Shown piece after piece: positions 1-7,842 of a DNA stretch of 64,000 nt. Origin of the DNA: a bacterium (GTDB taxonomy: Bacteria; Bacillota_I; Bacilli_A; RFN20; CAG-826); assembly GCA_963623195.1 (NCBI GenBank), contig CAVFKA010000002.1, positions 15,997 through 79,996 on the forward strand, given 5' to 3'. The notes below the pieces were generated by a model that was given only the letters and a program-made list of their open reading frames with translations, made no database searches and was not told the DNA's origin. Position numbers and translations under genes: made by a program. Numbering within the stretch: the stretch's first letter is position 1; every line of letters starts with the position of its first letter.

Positions 1-452
1 TCTATGCTTAAATCTTGCTTGTGGAATACGCTAGACCAATTTGATGAGATGATACTTTTTGAACTATCTGGTTTTAGAAATGCTGTATTGGCACTCGAAT
101 CTTTAATTGATTCTGTTAATTCCACTGCTTTATCATATGAAGGAAAATAAAATATTAAGTCAGCATTGTAACAAGTTTTGTTTGCGCATTTGCTCCAGCT
201 GAAGAATTCCTCTTGATCATTTATTGTTGTATATCCGTATCCACCATACTTAGAATTCATGCAATACATGGTTGTTAAACCGTTCTCGCTAGTCCATTTC
301 GTATATGAAGAAAAGTTTGTTTCCGGGAACCTCGCAGAAACTACATCATCAACGAAAAGTTTAATTCCAAGAACTACGATTGAAACGCTAGCGAGCATCC
401 ATATAGCAAATCCCGATAAGACACCTATTGCAACCTTGGCACCCGTCCTCAT
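1..452 (-). CDS. Hypothetical membrane-anchored protein; start codon is in the window, 3' end lies beyond it
   Basis: Reverse-strand frame is open from ATG at 450-452 (MRTGAKVAIGVLSGFAIWMLASVSIVVLGI..., an N-terminal hydrophobic signal-anchor) to position 1 with no stop. The ATG overlaps the TGA stop of the upstream gene (ATGA at 449-452). The ORF track omits it because it has no in-window stop. Confidence 0.5.
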   Translation of the reverse strand, partial: MRTGAKVAIGVLSGFAIWMLASVSIVVLGIKLFVDDVVSARFPETNFSSYTKWTSENGLTTMYCMNSKYGGYGYTTINDQEEFFSWSKCANKTCYNADLIFYFPSYDKAVELTESIKDSSANTAFLKPDSSKSIISSNWSSVFHKQDLSI

Positions 453-886
453 ATTTTTCTCCAAACATACCCATATATATACTGTGTACTATATTTTATT
501 GGCGATTCAACTGTCGTGCTGTTTTGATAAATACTTGTGAATCTAAATGATTTTGAAGACTCTCCATCAATATTGTAGACAGCATAAAATGATGCCAACG
601 TTTTCTTTACGTATACAGTATGCGCTCCTTTTCTCACTAACTCGATTAAATTTGAAAGATCACTCTCACCATTCCAGTAAGTGAATATTCCTTGTCGGTA
701 GGAGTATAGGTTATTTTTAAAACTATCGAATGACAAACAAACAATTTCTTTAAATTTATCTTCCGTAAACAAAGAAATTACTTTTGAAAAATCAGACAAT
801 GAGTTTAGGTAAGATGAAACAAAATAACTTGTCACTTGTAACGCTTCGTTGAGTGCGATTCTGATTTTAATGACAGTTGCTACCAC
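449..886 (-). CDS. Hypothetical protein, 145 aa; start is uncertain (GTG) and no ATG is in frame
   Basis: ORF-track ORF with Met only at a GTG start. Its 4-nt ATGA overlap with the next minus-strand gene suggests a real coupled gene. A truncated gene is also possible. Confidence 0.35.
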   Translation of the reverse strand: MVATVIKIRIALNEALQVTSYFVSSYLNSLSDFSKVISLFTEDKFKEIVCLSFDSFKNNLYSYRQGIFTYWNGESDLSNLIELVRKGAHTVYVKKTLASFYAVYNIDGESSKSFRFTSIYQNSTTVESPIKYSTQYIYGYVWRKI

Positions 887-1055
887 CCATGCTTTGGCTT
901 TAATTTTTAACCGCTCGTTTTTATTAACAACTTCCTCTGAAATATTATTTGATTTTTGAACCGTTTCAATGATTGGGAAAAAGCAGGTAGCGTATTCATT
1001 AATATGAATATTCGTTTAAATAAGCGGTACGTGTAGCTGTTTACGTTTGTGTTTG

Positions 1056-1748
1056 TTATTTAGATTGATATGTTTTAACTTCATTAAGAAGATATGAAGC
1101 TAATTCATCAATACCTTCGCCCGTTTTAGCGGATACAGGGAAGAACTTAGCATTTGGATTCAATCTAAGGATGCGTTCTTCGGCTTTCTTGATGTCAAAA
1201 TCAAAGACTGATATTGCGTCCATCTTTGTGAAAACAACGACATCAGCAACAGTAAACATAAGAGGATATTTCAAAGGCTTATCGTCTCCTTCTGGAATTG
1301 ATAATAATTCAAAAGAAGAAGAGGCCCCTGTATCAAATTCGGCTGGACATACAAGGTTTCCAATGTTTTCTAAGAAGACTAAATCGAGTTCATCAATGCC
1401 AAATCCATCTAAGGAATCATCAACCATCTTTGCATCGAGATGGCATTCTCCTGATGTATGGATTTGAATCGCTTTGACTCCTGTCTTGCTTGCAATCGTT
1501 TCTGCATCGACTGTCGCATCTATGTCTGCTTCCATGACGCCAATCTTTAAATCGTTCTTTAATTTGTTGATAAGAGAAACTAAGAATGTTGTTTTTCCGC
1601 TTCCTGGAGAAGACATCAAATTAACGAGATAGACGTTCTTCTCTTTTAATTTCTTTCTAACTTCCTCGGCTCTTGCATTATTATTTGCAAATACGCTTTG
1701 CTTAACTTTTATGACACGAATTGAATCCATAATATTACCTTCTTTCAA
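1056..1748 (-). CDS. hypB: HypB-type G3E-family nickel-insertion GTPase
   Basis: P-loop SSPGSGKTT, metal-site CH in SGECHLD, and the ENIGNLVCPAEFD and KPLKYPLMF..TKMD motifs are typical of HypB. It has no N-terminal CxxC or His-rich region. Confidence 0.75.
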   Translation of the reverse strand: MKEGNIMDSIRVIKVKQSVFANNNARAEEVRKKLKEKNVYLVNLMSSPGSGKTTFLVSLINKLKNDLKIGVMEADIDATVDAETIASKTGVKAIQIHTSGECHLDAKMVDDSLDGFGIDELDLVFLENIGNLVCPAEFDTGASSSFELLSIPEGDDKPLKYPLMFTVADVVVFTKMDAISVFDFDIKKAEERILRLNPNAKFFPVSAKTGEGIDELASYLLNEVKTYQSK

Positions 1749-1796
1749 CTAGAGAATATTTTAAAAAAATAATGGCCCACTTACAAGGTGGGCACA

Positions 1797-2408
1797 TTAA
1801 TCTTTGTTAGATGAATAAAGGAAGAATATTGATCCAACTGTTGCAGGGATTGGTATTAATGAGATAAACCAGAGATTCCATCCGATGGACACGTCCATGC
1901 CTAATTCGATATATAGAGCTATGGCAAGGGTCCAATAGATAGATATCAAGGTAATTAATGTATGAGTTTTATTTCCCCATTTTTTAGCAAAGAACAAAAT
2001 GGTGATGAATGATGAAGGTATTGCCCAAATAAATGATAACCATGGGGACCATGTAGTGATATTTGCAATTTTTAGGGCTGAATATATGACCGCGGCAATT
2101 GTCCAAACGAATACGACAGATAGAGCAACGACAATGATTTTGTTTCTTCTGATGTCCTTAGGATCCATTCTGCCATCGTTCTCTAATTCTTCTATTGAAT
2201 GTTCATTGATGAGGTAATCAAGCGTTACGCCATAGAATGATGCAAGTTCTGAAAGAATGTTGATATCTGGCAATCCTTCACCTGTTTCCCATTTGGAAAT
2301 TGATTTATCGCTATAGGAAAACCTTTCTGCCAACTGACCTTGAGTAAGGCCTCTGGCTTTTCTAAGGGATGATAAGTTTTTTGATACGATTTTAGATAAG
2401 TCTCTCAT
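1797..2408 (-). CDS. Membrane-anchored XRE-family transcriptional regulator (HTH plus about four TM helices)
   Basis: N-terminal HTH_XRE (LRKARGLTQGQLAERFSYSDKSISKWETGEGLPDINILSELASFYGVTLDYL) is followed by several hydrophobic helices. Confidence 0.75.
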   Translation of the reverse strand: MRDLSKIVSKNLSSLRKARGLTQGQLAERFSYSDKSISKWETGEGLPDINILSELASFYGVTLDYLINEHSIEELENDGRMDPKDIRRNKIIVVALSVVFVWTIAAVIYSALKIANITTWSPWLSFIWAIPSSFITILFFAKKWGNKTHTLITLISIYWTLAIALYIELGMDVSIGWNLWFISLIPIPATVGSIFFLYSSNKD

Positions 2409-2582
2409 ATGTGCCCATTATTTTATAACAAAATGCAGTGTGATGAATTGAAAAAATGTTTTCGTCTCTAAATTTTTAACCATCATGTAAATCTCTAAAT
2501 TTACAACATGTTAATGTAATAATTAGCAATTCTTATCTTTCTAAGATACAATAAGATTGTAAGGAGGTAAAAACATTAACAT

Positions 2583-4172
2583 ATGTACCAAGAGGAATTA
2601 CAATCCTCGAGCTTAGCCAAATTCTTAAATGAATACGACTATGTCTTCGTGGACACTTGTTCCTTGATGGAAGACACCTTCCCATTATTCATGGATAAAT
2701 TGGTATCCTCAAAAGAATATTGGAGAGAAGAATTGCAAGTAATAGTGCTAGGTGAATGCATTGATGAGTTAAAGAAACACGCTAAAGAAAAAAGCAAAGA
2801 ACGTGCATCATCAAGATTAGCTGCAGCAAGAGCCTTAAAGATCATTCGCCATGATAAATGGCACACCCATGCATTAACTATTACGAAAACGTTAGGGGAA
2901 TCGTTTGCAGACAACGCAATTTACACAAGAGTGTCCGGATTAAGAATTCACAATAAATTGTTAGTCATCACACAAGACAAGACATTGACGACAGATTTAT
3001 TGAAGATGAACAATCTTGATTCACAAAAGGGGAGATACCTAAGCGTATACCGCATTAATCAAGATTCTGATCTAGAAAAGAATCCAGGGGAAAACGGACA
3101 AAAACAATCTTTCAACAAGAAACGTGACGCTTCGTCTTTTCAGAAAGTAGAAAAAGACAACAAAAAACCAACAGAATTAACTAAGATCCAAAAGAAATTG
3201 CTTCAAGAAGATGAAAAATTGAGCAAGAACTTAACAGATCAAAATTACAAATTCAAACAAAAACTTAGAGACATTGACGATCAATTATCTAGGTTAAAGA
3301 AAGCAGGCGAGCAAGCTAAGAACCTTTCTCTTCATTATGTAAGAGAAACTCTAATCAAAACTAAAGAAGACCTCATAAAGGCTTCTAAAACGCCCGCTAA
3401 GCAAGAAACTCTAGCAAAAGAAGATAATTCCATAACTGGAAATGGAAAACTTCCTAGTGAGGCTCTAAAACGTCTCGCACTTAATTATCATACGATTGTA
3501 AGAGATCCATCCGTCGCTTATTTTGCTGATATACATGGTTCACTTGACTTAACGCATGATGATTTAACTGCCGTTGATGTCTTAGGCGCTAAAAACACTT
3601 CATTCACTTATAAGAAAGGTGACAAGACCTATGTCTTCACAAAAGGCAAAGAGTATTCTGTTTCCCTTCTAAAGAAAGAAGAAAAACCATCTCCAAAGAA
3701 AGAAAAGGTTGAATCTAAACCTCTTCCTGAAAAGAAAAAGGCTCAGCCTCAGCCAAAGAAAGAAACTCCAAAACCTAAAAAAGATGAATCCCTCTCCAAA
3801 AAGAAGGTCAAAGTCATGAAGGTTAAGGGCTCTGTCTCTGGCGGATCTTCCTCAGCCATACCTGAAGGTATCATCCTTGTTGTTGGTGAAAGTAGGAGAA
3901 AGAAACCTCAAACTTCTCAACCAAAGCCAACTGAAAAACAAGTTCTTCTAAAGAAAGGTGCCCCAAAGAAAGAAAATGCTCTTCTATCTGAGGCAACTAT
4001 CGCTGATAAGGTTCTTAACGCCAATCTCAACAATCCTAATTACCCAAAGGAGAAATCCCTTGTGGAAATTAAGAAACAAAAAGAAAGGCTTAAGAAACTC
4101 TCAAAAGAAGATACTAAAGGGTTCCAACTTAGCTTATCTGACTTAGAGAAATTCGAGAAATCGAAGAAGTAG
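2583..4172 (+). CDS. PIN-like nuclease domain protein with a long lysine/glutamate-rich low-complexity C-terminal region
   Basis: N-terminal about 150 aa have a PIN-like acidic pattern (VFVDTC ... LGECIDEL ... VITQDKTLTTDLL). The remaining about 370 aa are K/E/P-rich (SPKKEKVESKPLPEKKKAQPQPKKETPKPKK...). An RBS-like AAGGAGG lies upstream. Confidence 0.55.
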   Translation: MYQEELQSSSLAKFLNEYDYVFVDTCSLMEDTFPLFMDKLVSSKEYWREELQVIVLGECIDELKKHAKEKSKERASSRLAAARALKIIRHDKWHTHALTITKTLGESFADNAIYTRVSGLRIHNKLLVITQDKTLTTDLLKMNNLDSQKGRYLSVYRINQDSDLEKNPGENGQKQSFNKKRDASSFQKVEKDNKKPTELTKIQKKLLQEDEKLSKNLTDQNYKFKQKLRDIDDQLSRLKKAGEQAKNLSLHYVRETLIKTKEDLIKASKTPAKQETLAKEDNSITGNGKLPSEALKRLALNYHTIVRDPSVAYFADIHGSLDLTHDDLTAVDVLGAKNTSFTYKKGDKTYVFTKGKEYSVSLLKKEEKPSPKKEKVESKPLPEKKKAQPQPKKETPKPKKDESLSKKKVKVMKVKGSVSGGSSSAIPEGIILVVGESRRKKPQTSQPKPTEKQVLLKKGAPKKENALLSEATIADKVLNANLNNPNYPKEKSLVEIKKQKERLKKLSKEDTKGFQLSLSDLEKFEKSKK

Positions 4173-4180
4173 TTAATTAA

Positions 4181-4217
4181 AAATCCATCCCGGAAAGGAA
4201 AGGGGATGGATTTTTTT
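4181..4217. terminator. Bidirectional rho-independent terminator between convergent genes
   Basis: Perfect 11-bp stem aaatccatccc/gggatggattt with loop ggaaaggaaag, followed by a T7 run. Confidence 0.65.
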
Positions 4218-4303
4218 CATGCATTTCCTCAATAAAACAGGAGGGAGATAGATAGAAATGCATGATATGAATAAGTGGAATGGAGAATACCACTTATTAC
4301 GGA

Positions 4304-5449
4304 CTACATTAATTTCTTGAAGAGAGCGACAACTTCTTCGTGAGTTGCTTCCTTTGGATTGCCAGGATAGCAAGCATCGTGGAGAGCATCTGTTGCTAAG
4401 TTATCTAAATCGCTAGCAAGAATCTTTTCGCATTTTGTTGGAATGCCAACGTCTTCTGAAAGTTGCTTAACGGCATTGATAGCGGCAGCACGATATTCTT
4501 CTTGAGTCATATTATCGACTCCTTTGACGCCTAATGCAATAGCGATGTCCTTATATTTTTCACCTGTAACATCAGCATTGAATTCCATGGCGATTGGAAG
4601 AAGCATAGCGCAAGCAACACCATGAGGGACGTCATAATATGCAGAAAGCGTATGAGCCATAGCGTGGTCGATACCTAAACCGACATTGGAGAAACCCATG
4701 CCTGCGATATATTGTCCTAAAGCCATTCCTTCACGGCCATCTGGATCATTGACAACTGCTTTACGGAGTGATTTTCCGATGATTTCGATTGCTTTGATAT
4801 GGAACATATCGGACATTGTCCATGCGCCACGTGTGATATAACCTTCAATGGCGTGTGTTAAGGCGTCCATACCTGTAGCGGCTGTTAAGCCTTTTGGCAT
4901 TGTGGACATCATATCTGGATCAACGATGGCAACAACAGGCATATCGTGAGCATCGACGCAGACGAATTTTCTCTTCTTTTCGACATCGGTGATGACGTAG
5001 TTGATGGTAACCTCAGCTGCAGTGCCAGCGGTTGTGGCAACAGCAATGATTGGTAAGCATGGTTTCTTTGTTGGAGCAACGCCTTCTAATGATCTAACAT
5101 CTGCAAATTCTGGGTTAGTCATGATGATACCGATTGCTTTGGAAGTATCCATTGAGGAACCGCCACCGATAGCAATGATGAAATCAGCGCCAGCTTCTTT
5201 ACAAGCAGCAACGCCACTTGTGACATTTTCGATTGTTGGATTTGGCTTGATGTTGGAATAAAGCTTATAGGCGATGCCAGCTTTATCAAGTAAATCGGTG
5301 ACTTTAGCGGTAACGCCAAACTTAACTAAGTCTGGATCGGAGCAAACTAAAGCTTTTTTGAAACCTCTAGCTTGGACTTCAGGAACGATGTTTTCGATTG
5401 CACCGTGTCCATGATAAGAAGTTTCGTTTAACATGAATCTGTAAGACAT
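4304..5449 (-). CDS. Iron-containing (group III) alcohol dehydrogenase
   Basis: Fe-ADH signatures GGGSSMDTSKAIG and the His-rich metal site (DHAMAHTLSAYYDVPHGVA) are present; length is 381 aa. Confidence 0.85.
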   Translation of the reverse strand: MSYRFMLNETSYHGHGAIENIVPEVQARGFKKALVCSDPDLVKFGVTAKVTDLLDKAGIAYKLYSNIKPNPTIENVTSGVAACKEAGADFIIAIGGGSSMDTSKAIGIIMTNPEFADVRSLEGVAPTKKPCLPIIAVATTAGTAAEVTINYVITDVEKKRKFVCVDAHDMPVVAIVDPDMMSTMPKGLTAATGMDALTHAIEGYITRGAWTMSDMFHIKAIEIIGKSLRKAVVNDPDGREGMALGQYIAGMGFSNVGLGIDHAMAHTLSAYYDVPHGVACAMLLPIAMEFNADVTGEKYKDIAIALGVKGVDNMTQEEYRAAAINAVKQLSEDVGIPTKCEKILASDLDNLATDALHDACYPGNPKEATHEEVVALFKKLM

Positions 5450-5610
5450 AATGTACCTCTCTATGATTATTTCATTCTTTTGAATGATTGCTTAATTAGT
5501 TTAGCACTTAATAAAACTTTACCGGTATAAAATTATCATATTTGATTGAAATATTGAAAAACGAACAAAAATTGTGAAAGAAGATAATGTTTTTAATCAA
5601 AAATACATTT

Positions 5611-5690
5611 TCGTAAAAATATAATATTTTCGTAAAACAACAAAAATATTCGTAAAATATACTTGTAAATCGTAAAATATAATCATAAAG
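5611..5690 (+). promoter_or_regulatory. Four phased direct repeats TCGTAAAA(T)ATA in the promoter region of the 5700 gene
   Basis: TCGTAAAA occurs at 5611, 5630, 5650 and 5670, a 19-20 bp spacing. Three copies continue as TATA. A -10-like TATAAT sits at 5678-5683. Confidence 0.5.
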
Positions 5691-5699
5691 GGGCTATAT

Positions 5700-7145
5700 A
5701 TGACAGAAGAACAGTTGATTGAATTGGTTCAAGAAATAAAAGACATAAAATCGGAAACTAAAAATATCGAGTTAAAGAAAGCGAAGACTGGTTGCCCTGA
5801 AGCTCTTTATGATACGTTATCTTCTTTTTCAAATACCGGTGGTGGAACAATCGTTTTTGGCATAGACGAAAAACATGGATACAAGATTGAAGGAGTGGAG
5901 AATATAGATGACCTTCAAAAACATATCACAGAACAATGCCTTGAAATGGAACCGCAAGTAAGACCGGTATTTACAATTTGCATAATTGAAGGCAAAAAGA
6001 TCCTTTCTGCGGAAATTCCTGAAATAGATGCCATATTGAAACCATCTTATTACAAAGGTAAAGGTAAATTCAAAGGGTCATATATAAGAATTGGCGAAGC
6101 GGATTTGCCAATGGATGAATATGAAATTTATTCTTTTGACGCATTCAAATATAAAACCGAAGATGAACTAAGAAATAAAGATAGAATCAAAAGAGAAGAT
6201 TTGAATCAATATTTAGTGGACGGATTTATTTCTAAGTTGGTTACAAAGAAACCTAATCTTATGAATCAATCAAAAGACGATATTCTTAGACTTAATGGAA
6301 TTATCGGCAATGATGGAAAACCAACCTTGTGTGGAATGCTCAATTTTGGAAAGTTCCCCCAATTGTTTTCTCCAAATTTAGATATCTTGGCCGTCAGATG
6401 TGCAACCAATACATATGGTGAAGAAAATAAAGATGGTGTTCGTTTCATAGATAGCAAAAGAATAGATGGAACGATTGAAGAAATGATCAAACAAGCAATC
6501 TCTTTCATTCAGAATAACACCAAAAAAGCAACATATGTCGATCCATATACTGCTTTGAGAGATGACAAAGAAGAATATCCTCTAAAAGCCTTAAGAGAAA
6601 TAATCATCAATGCAATCCTCCATCGTGACTATAGTGTCTTCACGGAAAATGAGCCAATAAGGATAGACATATATGACGATCGCCTTGAAATAAGTAACCC
6701 AGGTGGTCTTTATGGACGCTTGAGGATTGCCGAATTAGGCAAGACGCGTGCTGATATTCGTAACCCTTTTATGGCTAGTATTTTAGAAATTGAAGAAATA
6801 AGCGAGAATCGTTATTCAGGCATACCAACAATATATAAAGAGATGGAAAAAGCTCATCTATTGCCACCAATATTTGAAAGTTATCGCGGAACATTCAAAG
6901 TCACCCTTTTTAATAAAGGTCAATCAGCTGGGGATAAACTAATTGAAGAAATTATGGAATATTGTCAAGAACCTCGTAGCAAGGAATCTCTTGCATCCCA
7001 TTTTGGCTTTGATGAAAAACATCCTGCGTATTTCATTAACAATTACGTTCTTCCATTAATCAAAGACGGAGTTCTTCGTTACACCATACCATCTAAACCT
7101 AAAAGCAAGAATCAGAGAATAGTAACAATAAATTCAAGATATTGA
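5700..7145 (+). CDS. AlbA_2 (Schlafen-like) plus HATPase_c_4 'RecG C-terminal-like' putative ATP-binding transcriptional regulator
   Basis: N-terminal AlbA_2-type region and central PLKALREIIINAILHRDYS...IRIDIYDDRLEISNPGGL (HATPase_c_4-like) match this architecture. An RBS AAAGGGG lies upstream. Confidence 0.65.
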   Translation: MTEEQLIELVQEIKDIKSETKNIELKKAKTGCPEALYDTLSSFSNTGGGTIVFGIDEKHGYKIEGVENIDDLQKHITEQCLEMEPQVRPVFTICIIEGKKILSAEIPEIDAILKPSYYKGKGKFKGSYIRIGEADLPMDEYEIYSFDAFKYKTEDELRNKDRIKREDLNQYLVDGFISKLVTKKPNLMNQSKDDILRLNGIIGNDGKPTLCGMLNFGKFPQLFSPNLDILAVRCATNTYGEENKDGVRFIDSKRIDGTIEEMIKQAISFIQNNTKKATYVDPYTALRDDKEEYPLKALREIIINAILHRDYSVFTENEPIRIDIYDDRLEISNPGGLYGRLRIAELGKTRADIRNPFMASILEIEEISENRYSGIPTIYKEMEKAHLLPPIFESYRGTFKVTLFNKGQSAGDKLIEEIMEYCQEPRSKESLASHFGFDEKHPAYFINNYVLPLIKDGVLRYTIPSKPKSKNQRIVTINSRY

Positions 7146-7211
7146 ATCGATGTGACCTTATTTTGTGATTCAACCCTCGTCCTTTGATTCTTTTAAGACG
7201 CCACAATCTTC

Positions 7212-7400
7212 CTAATCGTTGTCGCTTACCTTGAAATTTGGGTTTTGCTCACGTTTCTTGGCAAACCAAGCCTTTCGCTCATTGAATGTTAAACGATAAG
7301 GACCAATTCTTTCATCTGGCGTTTCATCGTAGCCGTCGTTTTCCAATCCGCAGACTGGGCACACATCATGGTCTAATTGGTCTTTAAGGCTGAACCCCGT
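7212..7400 (-). pseudogene. C-terminal remnant of a cysteine-rich CPCC-family gene; N-terminal CPCC half is missing
   Basis: Reverse-strand frame encodes TGFSLKDQLDHDVCPVCGLENDGYDETPDERIGPYRLTFNERKAWFAKKREQNPNFKVSDND*. It matches the second (CPVCxWEDD-type) half of CPCC proteins. A TAA stop lies immediately upstream and no start codon is present. Confidence 0.5.
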
Positions 7401-7429
7401 TTATCTATTATACTTTTGTAATCCTTTTA

Positions 7430-7768
7430 GTTGCCATGTCTTAGCGCCTCCCTTTCTTCCATATAGGAATCGTAAAAGTAGAAGTTAGTTTGCTCTTTTA
7501 ACGAGTCGAAGATAGGATCATTCAAGTGACCGACAACAATTATTCCTGTTGGATTCAGCCTTTCTATTAGAATCTTTAGCCACAAGTACCACTCATAGCG
7601 CTCTTGTTTTTCTTTGATGAAGCCATGAACGCCTACGGCAATAAGAGTGTTTTTAGGGAATGCGTCTAAGTATTCTTGCGTTAATTCATCTGAGCCTCCT
7701 CTTGGTGCTGGATATAAAGGTATGCCATGACTTGCAAAATAAAATGATAAAGATTTGTTTTTGAAATA
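7430..7768 (-). pseudogene. Start-less gene fragment (about 113 codons) of unknown family
   Basis: Reverse-strand open frame YFKNKSLSFYFASHGIPLYPAPRGGSDELTQEYLDAFPKNTLIAVGVHGFIKEKQERYEWYLWLKILIERLNPTGIIVVGHLNDPIFDSLKEQTNFYFYDSYMEEREALRHGN* is bounded by TAA on both sides. No ATG, GTG or TTG occurs near its 5' end. It reads as protein-like sequence in otherwise non-coding space. Confidence 0.4.
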
Positions 7769-7842
7769 TTAATAAAAAACCACTCTACTAATTCGTAGAA
7801 TATACGAACTTTCGAATGGTTTTAGATCACAAGATTAACTTA

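Noticed and set aside
259-540. Plus-strand 93-aa ORF
   Set aside because: It lies antisense to two convincing, translationally coupled minus-strand genes and has no RBS, so it is likely spurious.
5501-5509. TTAGCACTT CIRCE half-site near the Fe-ADH promoter
   Set aside because: Only one half is present (no GAGTGCTAA partner within 9 nt), so it is probably chance. It is mentioned only as context for the real CIRCE at 23836.
7769-7842. Candidate terminator hairpins after the metalloprotease gene (ttcgta...tacgaa and others)
   Set aside because: Several short overlapping palindromes exist and none is clearly dominant. The T-run sits on the minus strand after GAGTGG. Coordinates are too ambiguous to annotate.
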